Of a stretch of DNA of 64,000 nt, positions 30,975-41,849 are shown piece after piece. Under the pieces are notes generated by a model. It did no database searches. It was not told where the DNA came from and saw nothing but the letters and a program-made list of their open reading frames with translations. A program made the translations under genes and the position numbers. How positions within the stretch are numbered: the first letter of the stretch is position 1; each line of letters begins with the position of its first letter. The stretch is from Alphaproteobacteria bacterium (GTDB lineage: Bacteria; Pseudomonadota; Alphaproteobacteria; UBA8317), in assembly GCA_038131935.1 (NCBI GenBank), contig JAYPQH010000030.1:1-64000 (forward strand), given 5' to 3'.

Positions 30975-31588
30975 TGGATAAAGGGGCAACTGATATGACA
31001 ATACGTAAAGGTTTATTAGACCGTCGTGATATACTCTCACAATTGTTTCCAACCCCTCATGATTGGTTGTTTGTTTCCGGTTTGGCTGGTGCATCCAAAG
31101 ATGCAGCCAAGCTCACGCAAGATGGTGGCAATCTGTTCTCCATGGCAGGAACGATGGGGGCGGCAGTTCCCATGGGGCTGGGGCTTGCATTGGCGGCACC
31201 TCAATCGCAGGTCGCTGTGGTTACCGGTGATGGTGAAATGTTAATGGGGTTGGGTTCACTGATAACCGTTGCCTCTCAATCACCGTCAAATTTGGCAATT
31301 TTGGTGATCGACAATGCCATGCATGGCGAAACAGGCAAACAAACTGGTCATACCAATAGCCATGCAAACCTTGAATTGTTGGCTAAGGGTAGTGGACTCA
31401 AACATGTTATGACCATCGCAGAGTCTCATGAATGCGAGAATGCAAGGGCCTTTCTTCATGAAACACAAGAGGGACCAAGGATGTTGATTGCACGCGTGTT
31501 GCCAACAAATCCATCCTCATACAAACGCAATATGGACCCCAATGCCTGCCGTCACCGGTTTCGTGATGCATTCCAAGCCCGGGTATAG
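30971..31588 (+). CDS. TPP-binding decarboxylase beta subunit, ComE-like
   Basis: GTMG...MGLGLALA, GDGEMLM...DN..HGETG.Q; overlaps the upstream stop codon. Confidence 0.8.
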   Translation: MMDKGATDMTIRKGLLDRRDILSQLFPTPHDWLFVSGLAGASKDAAKLTQDGGNLFSMAGTMGAAVPMGLGLALAAPQSQVAVVTGDGEMLMGLGSLITVASQSPSNLAILVIDNAMHGETGKQTGHTNSHANLELLAKGSGLKHVMTIAESHECENARAFLHETQEGPRMLIARVLPTNPSSYKRNMDPNACRHRFRDAFQARV

Positions 31589-31665
31589 CCAAAAAACAAG
31601 TTGTGATTGCTTGAGCTTTCAGTACTGTTGAATTCTCCAAAAGGGCAAGAAAACAATCTTATAAA

Positions 31666-31692
31666 AAAGGCCAGATAGTATATCTGGCCTTT
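31666..31692. terminator. Bidirectional intrinsic terminator
   Basis: AAAGGCCAGATA-GTA-TATCTGGCCTTT between convergent genes. Confidence 0.8.
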
Positions 31693-31728
31693 CCTATTTT
31701 CTATCACGAACCAACAACGGGTCTCTGC

Positions 31729-33968
31729 TTACTCAGCTTCGAGTAACCGAGCTACGACACGTGGTGGTGACATGGGTAAATTATAGAACCTACGTCCCAA
31801 CGCTTGATAAACAGCATTGGAGATCGCTGCCAATGGTGGCACCAGTGGAACTTCACCAACACCCCTTACACCTTGTGGATGTTTAGGATTGGGAACCTCA
31901 ATCATCATCGTATCAAGCATGGGGAGGTCAGAACAAACAGGAATGCGATAATCTAGGAACCCAGGGTTATCAACTTGTCCATGCTTATTATAGACGTATT
32001 CTTCATTAAGCGCCCAACCTATGCCTTGCGCTGCACCACCTTGCATCTGACCTTCCACATAGGCGGGATGAACAGCACGACCAACATCTTGGAATGAAGT
32101 ATAGCGCAGGATGCGCACGATGCCGAGTTCTGGATCAACTTCTACGTCACATATATGAGTTGCAAAACCGCCTTCGGCACCTGTGGTGTTCAGCTGTACA
32201 CCTGCGCCTATAGGCCCACCTGTTTGCGTTGCTTGCTCTGCCAGTTGCTCCAAGCTTAGAGGTTCGAAGTCTCCAGCATTGTCGCCAGCTGGCCTTGCCT
32301 CACCATTTTCCCAAGTAACAGCCTCAGGATCAATATTCCAAATCATTGCAGCGCGTTGTTTGAGCTGGGTGATTACTTTTTCTGCAGATTGTGTGACCAC
32401 CATGGCAGAGGCGAACAAGACGCGGCTACCACCTGTAATGTTCGAATAGCCGATGCTGGCGGTATCTCCAATCAGAACAGAAACCCTGTTGTAATCAATG
32501 CCCAATAACTCAGCCGTGATATTGGCAATGGCTGCCCGTGAGCCACCAATATCTGGATGCCCCGTGGTAACAACGACATTACCATCCTCGGTAATGTTTA
32601 CCTGAGCACTGGATTCACCACCTGCATTGAACCAAAACCCACTGGCAACCCCACGACCTTGTAACTTGCCCAGAGGTGCACTGTAGTGAGGATGTTCTTT
32701 TGCAGCTTCAAGCGTTTTTCTGCATAGCCAATACGTGGGTATACAGGACCATGTGCGGCCTTGGTTCCCTCTTTTGCTGCATTTTTGAGACGCAGATCGA
32801 GCGGATCCATATTCAAGGCTTCTGCCAATTCATCGAGAACACATTCCACCGCATAGGCGCCAATAGGTGCACCAGGGGCCCGATAGGCGGCCACTTTGGA
32901 ACGGTTTGACACGACATCATAACCTTTAGAATGAACATTTGGAATATTGTAAGGGGCGAATGAACATCCTGCAGCACCCCTGATGGGGGACCCAGGTAAC
33001 GCACCAGCCTGGAGATAAAAGGTTCCTTGTCCAGCTACAATTTTCCCATCTTTTGTGGCGCCAATCTTTACAGTGCTTTTTGAAGCAGATGTTGGGCCCG
33101 TTGCACGCATGACTTCTTCTCTGGTCATGACCATCTTAACAGGACGACCAGACTTCTTGGCCAAAATGGTGGCCAAAGGCTCAAGATAGACAATGGTTTG
33201 CCACCAAAACCACCCCAATTTCAGCAGGAATCGCCCTGATATCACTCTGGGGGATACCTGTGAGGTAGGATGTCATGGCCCTCACCATGAATTGACCTTG
33301 GCTAGAAGACCATATGGTTGCCTTGCCATCTCCGCTTACGCTTACCAAGCAAGCATGACCCTCGATATAGCCTTGGTGGACGGGTCTGGTTGTGAAGCTA
33401 CGCTCGACAATCACATCAGCTTGTTCAAAGCCTTCTTCTACATCGCCTAACTTATGCTCCAAGGTGCCTGCAATGTTGGAAGGTTTCCCCTCAAACTGCA
33501 TAAAATCATGGAGAATGGGGGCGTCCTCTGCCAGCGCGTCATCTATTTCAATCGCGAAGGGAAGCACTTCATACTCCACTTCAATAAGTTCGCAGGCCTC
33601 AGCTGCAACGTCTTCATTAATAGCAGCTACTGCAGCAACGGGATGACCGTGAAAAAGTACTTTGTCTCGTGCCATCACATTACGGCTTATCCAGCGCATA
33701 TCTTGAATACCCAATATGACAGGTTTGTCTAACGGAATTCCACGATATCTTGGGCTGTTACCACAGCTTTCACGCCAGGATGCGCTTCAGCTTTGCTGGT
33801 ATCGATCCGAAGGATACGTGCGTGGGGATGTGGGCTGCGTAGTACCTTTGCCCAAATCATGCCTGGCATGGTTGTGTCCGCAGCATAAGCAGCACGACCT
33901 GTGACCTTATCTGCACCATCTGGTCTTATGGTACTTTTACCAATCCATTTGTTGGGAAGTTCATTCAT
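31729..33968 (-). CDS. Xanthine dehydrogenase-family molybdopterin-binding subunit (several frameshifts)
   Basis: KVTGRA.Y..D, RSPHPHA, HQGYIE.H, AYRAPG, VEGQMQGG..QG.G, RGVGE, spread over four ORFs. Confidence 0.9.
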
Positions 33969-34447
33969 GCCGCAGCCTCCTGCATTTCCTGTGCGGTTTC
34001 CAAAACCGCGCGAACAATTTTATCATAACCTGTGCAGCGACATAGGTTCCCTGCAAGCCAGAACCTTACCTCTGTTTCTGTTGGGTTTGGGTTCTGCTCC
34101 AACAATGCTTTTGCTGACACCAGCATGCCAGGTGTGCATATTCCACATTGTAAGGCTGCCATTTCTAAGAATTTTCTTTGCAATGGATGCATCTGGGTGC
34201 CTTGCGCCATTCCTTCGATGGTTTCAATGGATCCATCTTTACTTTCGACAGCCATCATCAAACATGAGCATACCAAACGTCCATTAAAGGTTATGCTGCA
34301 AGCCCCACAATCACCTGTGCCACAACCCTCTTTCGTGCCTGTTAAGCCTAATGGGCCGCGCAGAACATCTAGCATGCTCTCATGTGGCTCGCATAAAAAC
34401 TCAACCGGTTCGCCATTTATAGTTGTTGAAACGTGAACTTTGCTCAT
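33965..34447 (-). CDS. XDH/CoxS-type 2x[2Fe-2S] subunit
   Basis: KEGCGTGDCGAC, QCGICTPG, GNLCRCTGY. Confidence 0.93.
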   Translation of the reverse strand: MSKVHVSTTINGEPVEFLCEPHESMLDVLRGPLGLTGTKEGCGTGDCGACSITFNGRLVCSCLMMAVESKDGSIETIEGMAQGTQMHPLQRKFLEMAALQCGICTPGMLVSAKALLEQNPNPTETEVRFWLAGNLCRCTGYDKIVRAVLETAQEMQEAAA

Positions 34448-35322
34448 GATGAAAGACCCTCCTCAGCACGTTGTTTGGCGACTTGTGTCGTGCGCTTCAG
34501 CAAGACACCTGCGACTTGAACACGGTAGTCAATGGTACCACGCTTATCATTTATGGGGTTACATGCGGCACGACAGGCTTCAGCCGCGAGATCCAAAGCC
34601 TTCTCGTCCAGCGAACTGCCCACCAGCGCTGCAGCGGCATCAGGAACCAAGAGTGGCGTTGGGGCTACCGCACCCAGTCCCACACGTGCGTCTACACAAA
34701 CACCTTGGTCCATTGTCAATTTGACGGCGCATCCCACCACAGCAATGTCCATTTCTGTGCGCGGTATCATGCGTATATAGGCATCAGCGGTATGATTTGG
34801 TTTGCTGGGCAAGTGAAAGCTGACAACAATTTCTCCATGTGCAAGGCTGGTTTTGCCTGGTCCAACTGGGATTTGTTCAACAGGTACTTCACGGCGACCT
34901 TGAGGCCCTTGAACCGTAACCACCGCTCCGGCAGCAATCATGGCAGGAACACTGTCTCCAGCAGGTGAAGCATTACAAAGATTCCCACCAGGAGATGCTC
35001 GCCCCTGTACCTGGGTAGACCCAATGAGATTGATGGCTTCTAAAACGCCAGGCCAGTGGGCTTTAAATGAACTGCTTTCACTGAGCATGGCGCCAGACAC
35101 CGCAGCGCCAATGGTGAAACTGCCATCATCATGCAACGTGATCTGCATCATCTCTTCAATATGCTTCACGTCAACCACGGTTTGTGGTTTGAGTGACCCT
35201 GAACGCATATGGACAAGGAGGTCTGTCCCACCTGCCAGAATACGTCCTTGCCCTTGGGCATCCAGTAAAGCTTGCACAGCCTCATCTGTGGAGTGCGCCA
35301 TAATGTACGAACCGTTACTCAT
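34444..35322 (-). CDS. XDH/CoxM-type FAD-binding subunit
   Basis: LAGGTDL, GGNLCNASPAGD, GAVAPTP, DKRGT..YR. Confidence 0.92.
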   Translation of the reverse strand: MSNGSYIMAHSTDEAVQALLDAQGQGRILAGGTDLLVHMRSGSLKPQTVVDVKHIEEMMQITLHDDGSFTIGAAVSGAMLSESSSFKAHWPGVLEAINLIGSTQVQGRASPGGNLCNASPAGDSVPAMIAAGAVVTVQGPQGRREVPVEQIPVGPGKTSLAHGEIVVSFHLPSKPNHTADAYIRMIPRTEMDIAVVGCAVKLTMDQGVCVDARVGLGAVAPTPLLVPDAAAALVGSSLDEKALDLAAEACRAACNPINDKRGTIDYRVQVAGVLLKRTTQVAKQRAEEGLSS

Positions 35323-35603
35323 TCTTCCTCCCCTTGGATTTATCTTGGCCTAAAGAACCCTTATTGTTGATGTGATGGGTGACCAAGATTGTCTATGATG
35401 TAGCCTATGAATATAACACGCTCACGACAAGGTATGGTTCATACCCTGCGGCAAGGTGATCATGAATAACCTTATTTTCCATCATCAACGCCCAGAGACG
35501 TCAAGATAAAATCATCTTATATCGGTGTTTTTGAATGTATAGGATCTGTTAACCCTGATGCGCACCACACAGATAGCCTAAAGGGGGTATCAGCCTCAAA
35601 ATG

Positions 35604-36290
35604 TCACAAAACTGTCACAACATGGGTTCCAAGTGTTTCTATGGAAGCTTCCAGCCGATCTCCAGAGGTCACTGCTGCAACGCCAGCAGGTGTGCCAGTC
35701 ATGATCAAATCACCTGGGGCTAAGCAAAAATGTTCCGATAAATACACAATCATTTCAGGAATTTTCCAAATCATCTGATTGAGGTTACCATTTTGGCGCA
35801 GTTCACCATTAACATGGAGGCTGATTTGCCCATCTTGGAGGATGGTTTTCCCATCTCTAGGGGTAATGGGTGACATAGGGGCAGAGGCTTCAAATGCCTT
35901 TCCAATTTCCCAGGGACGCCCCATTTTCTTTGCCGTCGCTTGCAAGTCGCGTCGGGTCATATCAAGACCGATGGCATAACCAAAAATAGCTTCTTGCGCT
36001 TGTTCAATGCTCAAATCCTCACCACCAGCTTGTAAAGCTACCACCAATTCGACTTCATGATGAACATCTTGGCTCTTTGATGGGTAAGGAAATTTATCAT
36101 CCAGCAAAATATTGTCTGGGTTTTTTTGAAAGAAAAATGGAGGCTCGCGGTTAGGGTCATGGCCCATTTCTATAGCATGCTCTGCATAATTGCGGCCGAT
36201 GCAATACAAACGTCTTACAGGGAACGTCGCCGTCATGCCACGAATGGGTATATGAACAGGATTACTTGGAGGAAAAATAAAGTCCGTCAT
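35604..36290 (-). CDS. Fumarylacetoacetate hydrolase family, fumarylpyruvate hydrolase-like
   Basis: CIGRNYAEHA.EMG, HHEVEL, DMTRRDLQ, GDLIMTGTPAGV. Confidence 0.9.
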   Translation of the reverse strand: MTDFIFPPSNPVHIPIRGMTATFPVRRLYCIGRNYAEHAIEMGHDPNREPPFFFQKNPDNILLDDKFPYPSKSQDVHHEVELVVALQAGGEDLSIEQAQEAIFGYAIGLDMTRRDLQATAKKMGRPWEIGKAFEASAPMSPITPRDGKTILQDGQISLHVNGELRQNGNLNQMIWKIPEMIVYLSEHFCLAPGDLIMTGTPAGVAAVTSGDRLEASIETLGTHVVTVL

Positions 36291-36498
36291 AGGGCGTCCC
36301 TCTTTAAACGGTTAATGATGACGGCATATGTTGGCACGAATTTTCCTGAGCAATCAACATGGCTCCATCTTTATGGTACCCTCAATGTTAACAAAGCTAT
36401 TTCATGGTCAGCATGCTTATCCCCTCGAGATAGGCCATTGGTTCTTGATGCTCGCTCTGATATTCTTTGTTTGGCCGTGCAGTTGGATGATGGAGTGG

Positions 36499-36786
36499 AT
36501 GATGAAACCAGATGAATTTCGTGAGCAATTGCGCCTCGGGGGATACGAGATCGTATCACGTGATATCGAACCTCATCATGCTTTAGGGCAACATCACCAC
36601 CCTTGGGATGTCTGGGGTATGGTCACAGAAGGCTCCTTCACCATTGAGCCAGCAGGCTCAGTATCTCATACCTATCATAAGGGTGAAATTTTCTCGCTAC
36701 ATGCAATGGTTGAACATACCGAACAGGCAGGGCCAGAAGGTGCTTCCATTTTGGTGGGTAGGCGTATGCCTGAGCAAACCTCTTAA
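36499..36786 (+). CDS. Small cupin-domain protein
   Basis: H.HPWD...V.EG...G..F.L...HTE.AGPEG....VGRR. Confidence 0.75.
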   Translation: MMKPDEFREQLRLGGYEIVSRDIEPHHALGQHHHPWDVWGMVTEGSFTIEPAGSVSHTYHKGEIFSLHAMVEHTEQAGPEGASILVGRRMPEQTS

Positions 36787-37082
36787 GCAATACCCTCTAC
36801 AATCCGAAAATCTCGGTCCGACCCTCCATCAAGCGCTTGAAGAGCTTTCTGATAAGCAGGTGAATCATAAGCAGCTAAGGCTATGTCGTAGCTTTCAAAT
36901 TCAATGAGAACGACCCTTTGCTGAATACCATTTTCTTTCGCCGTAACTTGTTCACCACTGGCTGTTGCCAAAAACTTGGCGCCAAACGCTTCTAAGGCTG
37001 GAATGGCCAGTTCCAAATAGGCTTGTCTTTTGACCGGGTCGCTCTCTGAACGATGGATGCTCAAAAAATATCCTTTTGCCAT
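36783..37082 (-). CDS. DUF1330 family protein
   Basis: G.KFLA, RVVLIEFES...A.AAYDSPAYQ.A, R...IVEG. Confidence 0.88.
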   Translation of the reverse strand: MAKGYFLSIHRSESDPVKRQAYLELAIPALEAFGAKFLATASGEQVTAKENGIQQRVVLIEFESYDIALAAYDSPAYQKALQALDGGSDRDFRIVEGIA

Positions 37083-37119
37083 GACGACTTTGTCCTTTCT
37101 TATTGATGATGACAGCGCA

Positions 37120-38253
37120 TCAAAATGTGATGACGGAACGAATGGATTTTCCTTCATGCATCAGTTTAAAGGCTTCATTGATATCATCCAAACCAAATGT
37201 ATGGGTGATCATAGGGTCAATTTCAATTTTGCCATCCATATACCAATCTACAAACCGAGGCACATCCGAGCGGCCCTTGGCACCGCCAAAGGCTGTTCCT
37301 TTCCATACCCTTCCCGTAACCAACTGAAATGGACGCGTAGAAATTTCAGCCCCTGCAGGTGCAACCCCAATAATAACACTAACCCCCCATCCCCTATGGG
37401 TGCATTCGAGGGCATCACGCATCACATCGACATTTCCTGTGGCATCAAAACTATAGTCGACCCCACCTATATGGTCTTGCTCTGTTTTGGTCTTGTTGAT
37501 GATGGCTTGGACTACAGATCCATCAATTTTTGAGGGGTTGATAAAATCTGTCATGCCAAACTTTTTTGCCATGTCTGCTTTGTTATCGTTAAGGTCGATA
37601 CCTATGATCTTATCTGCACCTGCCAGCCGTAATCCTTGGATTACGTTCAAACCAATGCCACCAAGCCCGAATACCGCCGCCGTTGATCCAATTTCGACAC
37701 CAGCGGTATTGATGACAGCGCCTATGCCTGTTGTAACACCACAGCCAATGTAACAAATTTTTTCAAAAGGGGCGTCTGGCCGTACTTTTGCGAGCGCAAT
37801 CTCAGGCATAACCGTATGCTGGGCAAATGTGGAACATCCCATGTAATGATAGATGGGGGTGCCATCCATACTGGAAAAACGCGTGGTTCCATCTGGCAAA
37901 AGACCTTGTCCTTGCGTATTGCGTATGGCGGTACAAAGATTGGTTTTCCCAGAAAGACAGGAAGGACATTGTCTGCATTCAGGTGTATAAAGCGGAATAA
38001 CATGGTCGCCTGGCTTTAAGGTTGTGACCCCCTCGCCAATTTCATGAACAATGCCTGCGCCTTCATGCCCTAAAATACATGGAAAAATGCCTTCTGGATC
38101 GCTACCTGAAAGTGTAAATTCATCTGTGTGACACACCCCAGTTGCTTTGATTTCCACGAGGACTTCACCTGCTTTGGGCCCTTCCAACATTACGTCAACA
38201 ACATCGAGAGGGGCACCAGCTTTCCATGCAACGGCAGCACGTGTTTTGATCAT
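37120..38253 (-). CDS. frmA: S-(hydroxymethyl)glutathione dehydrogenase / class III alcohol dehydrogenase
   Basis: [41 protein letters not shown]. Confidence 0.96.
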   Translation of the reverse strand: MIKTRAAVAWKAGAPLDVVDVMLEGPKAGEVLVEIKATGVCHTDEFTLSGSDPEGIFPCILGHEGAGIVHEIGEGVTTLKPGDHVIPLYTPECRQCPSCLSGKTNLCTAIRNTQGQGLLPDGTTRFSSMDGTPIYHYMGCSTFAQHTVMPEIALAKVRPDAPFEKICYIGCGVTTGIGAVINTAGVEIGSTAAVFGLGGIGLNVIQGLRLAGADKIIGIDLNDNKADMAKKFGMTDFINPSKIDGSVVQAIINKTKTEQDHIGGVDYSFDATGNVDVMRDALECTHRGWGVSVIIGVAPAGAEISTRPFQLVTGRVWKGTAFGGAKGRSDVPRFVDWYMDGKIEIDPMITHTFGLDDINEAFKLMHEGKSIRSVITF

Positions 38254-38339
38254 GTCTGAGGTCCTTTCCTTGAGAATGTATGGCAGAGCTGTTCGGTTTT
38301 TGATCTGTCAGGCTACCATGGTCAGCATTGACCTTTCAA

Positions 38340-39308
38340 TCATCTGTTATCATCGCCTTCGGCGAGCACTTTGCTCCGATGGAAGGAGTAAATACCCGCA
38401 AGTACGATCAAACCTGCACCAAATAAGGTGCTCGCCTGGGGAATTTCTTGAAAGAAGAACCATCCTAAAAAGGTTACAATGACAATTTGCACATAAGTGA
38501 AAGGTTGCAGCAAAGAGGCAGGCGCGAGGGTGAATGCGTGCATAAAAGTGACATGTCCCATGCAGCCCAATAAAGCGATCGCAAGCAATAACCACCAACC
38601 ATCTATGCTTGGTGTCACCCAATACCAAGGAATGACGAGAGAGGTGAGGATTAGGCCAATAATAGATGTCCACACGGCTGTGGTAGCTGCCCGATCTACT
38701 TGGCCAACAATCCGCAAAAAAAGAATACAGTAAAATGACCATAATATCATGCCACCAAGAGCGATCCATGTTCCCATGTTGATTTCTGAAAAACCTGGCT
38801 TGATGATAATAAGGACCCCACAAAAGCCCAAAGCAACAGATGACCAGCGTCGCCAGCCTACCTTTTCACCCAAAATAGGTATGGAAAGCACAACAACCAT
38901 CAATGGTGCCATGGCCAAAATGGCTTGCATATCGGCCAGGGGTAAGAATTTGAGCGCATACACGAACATGCCCATCTCCACCACCAAAAGGCAGGCGCGT
39001 ATACCTTGCAAAGTTGGTTTTTGGCTGCGCCATCGAATGGATTTACCCGGTTTGTAGGCCAAAAATAAGGCGATGGGTACAAACAGAACAAACCGCGCCC
39101 ACAAAATCTGAACAACAGACATCTGTTGCCCTAAGACTTTGTTGAGAACATCAACCCCGGAAAACATGAGAATGGCGGCCAAGATCACAAGAATACCCTT
39201 AGCTTGGCTGGTATCTATGTTGTCAGGGATGAAGAACGCATGATCAATAATGCCTATGGGGAAAACTGTTTTCTTGAGACAGCGTAAACTGATCACCCAT
39301 ATCATCAA
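38340..39308 (-). CDS. DMT/EamA-family transporter
   Basis: About 10 TM helices, LGEKVGWRRW, APASLLQPFTY; start codon uncertain. Confidence 0.88.
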   Translation of the reverse strand: MMIWVISLRCLKKTVFPIGIIDHAFFIPDNIDTSQAKGILVILAAILMFSGVDVLNKVLGQQMSVVQILWARFVLFVPIALFLAYKPGKSIRWRSQKPTLQGIRACLLVVEMGMFVYALKFLPLADMQAILAMAPLMVVVLSIPILGEKVGWRRWSSVALGFCGVLIIIKPGFSEINMGTWIALGGMILWSFYCILFLRIVGQVDRAATTAVWTSIIGLILTSLVIPWYWVTPSIDGWWLLLAIALLGCMGHVTFMHAFTLAPASLLQPFTYVQIVIVTFLGWFFFQEIPQASTLFGAGLIVLAGIYSFHRSKVLAEGDDNR

Positions 39309-39439
39309 TCTGTGACGCTGACGAGTGGCAAATTGAATAGGTTATGTATTTTGGCATTGACCCTTGGGGGAAAAATTTTCAAACTTCATCCCATCATAAT
39401 CATCGTTCAATCTGAACGTTTCGCGGATCTGCCATCTTC

Positions 39440-40531
39440 ATGCCTAACACACCAAAACCACAGGAAAAAAACGATCTACAAACGAAAACATCATCCTTTT
39501 GGTTGATCATAACGATGCTGGTTGGTGCGTTGGGGGCATTCATCGCGGTGGAACTTAATCTCACGCTAGCACTTTTGCTTGGGCCGGTGGTGGCAACAAT
39601 GATTGCAAGCTTGTTGGGCTACCCCATGCAAGTGCCACATAAATTTCGTATGTCAGTTCTGGTGATTATGGGTGCGGTTATGGCCAGCCGGTTTACCCCT
39701 GATGTGCTGGATTATATCTTGATATGGCCGTTAAGCTTGCTCTGTGTGCCTTTGTTTATCATCCTCGCTTTCGTGTCTGTGGGCATGTACAATACCAAGG
39801 TGGCCGGTTTTGATAAGGCCACAGCCTATTTTTCTGCCATGCCAGGTGGGCTTTTGATCATGGCAGCAATGGGAAGCCAATATGGTGGTGATGAACCAAG
39901 AATTGCTCTTGCTCATATTCTCAGGATCGTTGTCTCTGTTTTTTTGCTTGCCTTTGCGTTCTGGGCATTTTTGGGCATCAGCACGGATCAAATTGCTTTT
40001 TTTCAACAAGGCATGAATGTGGATGCAATCCCTCTTCTTGAAGTTCTTTTGTTGGCCTGTGTGGGGGGCTATGTTGCCCATTATTTGAAGGTGCCTGCGC
40101 CATCTCTCATGGGGCCACTGCTTTTGATCGCGCCTTTATACATCGGTTCATGGATAGATGTAGAAATTCCTGGTCCGTTGATTGCGCTGGCTTTGTTGGT
40201 ATTAGGTTCGTCTATAGGGAGCCGATTTGTGGGCTATAACGTCCATATGCTTGCGCAATTATCATTCCATGCTGTTGTGAGCACGATCATCATGCTGGTC
40301 ATAGGGTTAATATTGGCCATCATTCTGTCGTCCTTCACGTCCATTCCTTTTGCAGCTGCCCTATTGGCTTTTTCGCCAGGAGGTATTGCGGAATCTACGT
40401 TGATTGCAATTGCCTTGGATGTGAACCCAGCCTATGTCGCTGTTCATCATTTGATACGCATTGTTTTATGTGGCCTCGCAGCTCCCTTTCTTGCGCGTTT
40501 AACAGGCTTTCATTCTGAACATTCTCTCTAG
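39440..40531 (+). CDS. AbrB-family membrane protein
   Basis: Duplicated halves with TAYFSAMPGG and FSPGGIAE...HHLIR. Confidence 0.85.
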   Translation: MPNTPKPQEKNDLQTKTSSFWLIITMLVGALGAFIAVELNLTLALLLGPVVATMIASLLGYPMQVPHKFRMSVLVIMGAVMASRFTPDVLDYILIWPLSLLCVPLFIILAFVSVGMYNTKVAGFDKATAYFSAMPGGLLIMAAMGSQYGGDEPRIALAHILRIVVSVFLLAFAFWAFLGISTDQIAFFQQGMNVDAIPLLEVLLLACVGGYVAHYLKVPAPSLMGPLLLIAPLYIGSWIDVEIPGPLIALALLVLGSSIGSRFVGYNVHMLAQLSFHAVVSTIIMLVIGLILAIILSSFTSIPFAAALLAFSPGGIAESTLIAIALDVNPAYVAVHHLIRIVLCGLAAPFLARLTGFHSEHSL

Positions 40532-40634
40532 TGACCAAAGAGTCATCGGAAAATGTTTCCAAAAATCATGATGTTAAGCCCAAAGACCAGACGTTTTATC
40601 CTATAGCTTCAATAAAAATCACGAATGATGTTTG

Positions 40635-41631
40635 TTATTGTGCTAGCCATAAAACAACCAGGATGCTGAGGCCTGCCAGTAGCATGGTCTCTGCAAAAAG
40701 GATGATGAATGGTCTGAAACCCACAGCAAATATCCCCATAGGTTTGAATTTTAAGCCAACGGTGATGATGGCCAAAAAAATACAAAGCTTAGACAATTGT
40801 TCAGCCATATCTGTGATAAATGCTGGAAGAGGCACAAAGCTATTCAGCAGTAGCAGTAGAAAAAATATTATCAGAAATGTAGGGGGCAATGCGGATGTTT
40901 TTGATGTCGATTGTGATTGGCTTTGTTTATGCGCCACCGCGGTGCCCAAAAATAATAAGATGGGAACCAAGGCGCTTACCCTGATCAATTTTACCAAGAT
41001 GGCCCTATCCCCTGTTTCTTCTGAAAGGGTGTATCCTGCACCCACGACTTGGGCCACATCATGAATGCTGCTGCCAAGAAAAAAACCTGCTTGTGTGGGT
41101 GATAGATCCAAGGCATGAGCGAGCCATGGATACGTCAGCATACCCATTGTTGATAGAAAAGCGATTCAAGCAGCACAACAGTCAAGCTTTGTTGTTTGTT
41201 TTTAAATTCTGGCAAGGGCAAAACAGCCATGGCTGCAGAACACCACAAATGCCAACCGCACATCCTGACAATATTCCCAAACCCCATTCTTGGCGTAATA
41301 ATTTTGCCAATCCTACCCCCAAAAGAATGGTCAAAAGAACGAGGCAGAATGTTGCCAAACATAATATCCAACCCAACTCTTGAACATCTTGGAAGCTGAT
41401 ACGCAGGCCTAAGAGGGCGACGCCTGTTCGAAGAATAAAAGAGCCAACCATATCAATTCCAGGTTGGATAGCCATGCTGTTTGATTGATATTGAGAAAAA
41501 AAACAAAAACCTGTGAAGATGGCCATAAGCATCAGCGGTAAGGTAAAAAAATGCGCAAGAAGAAAAGCTATAATTCCCAAAAAGCTGACAAAAACAAATC
41601 CAGGGGCAAATTTCAAAAGTGATATGTTCAT
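40635..41631 (-). CDS. YeiH/UPF0324 putative sulfate exporter (frameshifted)
   Basis: LRTGVALLG.RI, ICG.SA, G.SIHDVAQVVGAG, VKLIRV, in three ORF pieces. Confidence 0.85.
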
Positions 41632-41849
41632 CAAGGCTCTTATTTGTTGTTCGAAAAAAACTTGGACGTATGTAAGCATGACTCTTTGTGATTGACCAGA
41701 ACCTTAGATGGAGCGCGTGGGTAGGTTATCATATTCGACCTTGGTTGGGTTTGGGTCACGATCCGTGTTGGCGTGGACAGCAAGTTGATCTAAATAGGAC
41801 GCGGTACCGACCAAGTCTTCGCAAGCTAAACATCATGGAAAAATATATT

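Noticed and set aside
31729-35322. Aerobic CO dehydrogenase
   Set aside because: The active-site loop is AYRAPG rather than AYxCSFR or AYxGAGR, and no coxDEFG accessory genes are present.
39440-40531. Ammonia monooxygenase (legacy annotation of the AbrB family)
   Set aside because: It is an AbrB membrane protein with no AmoA/B/C motifs.
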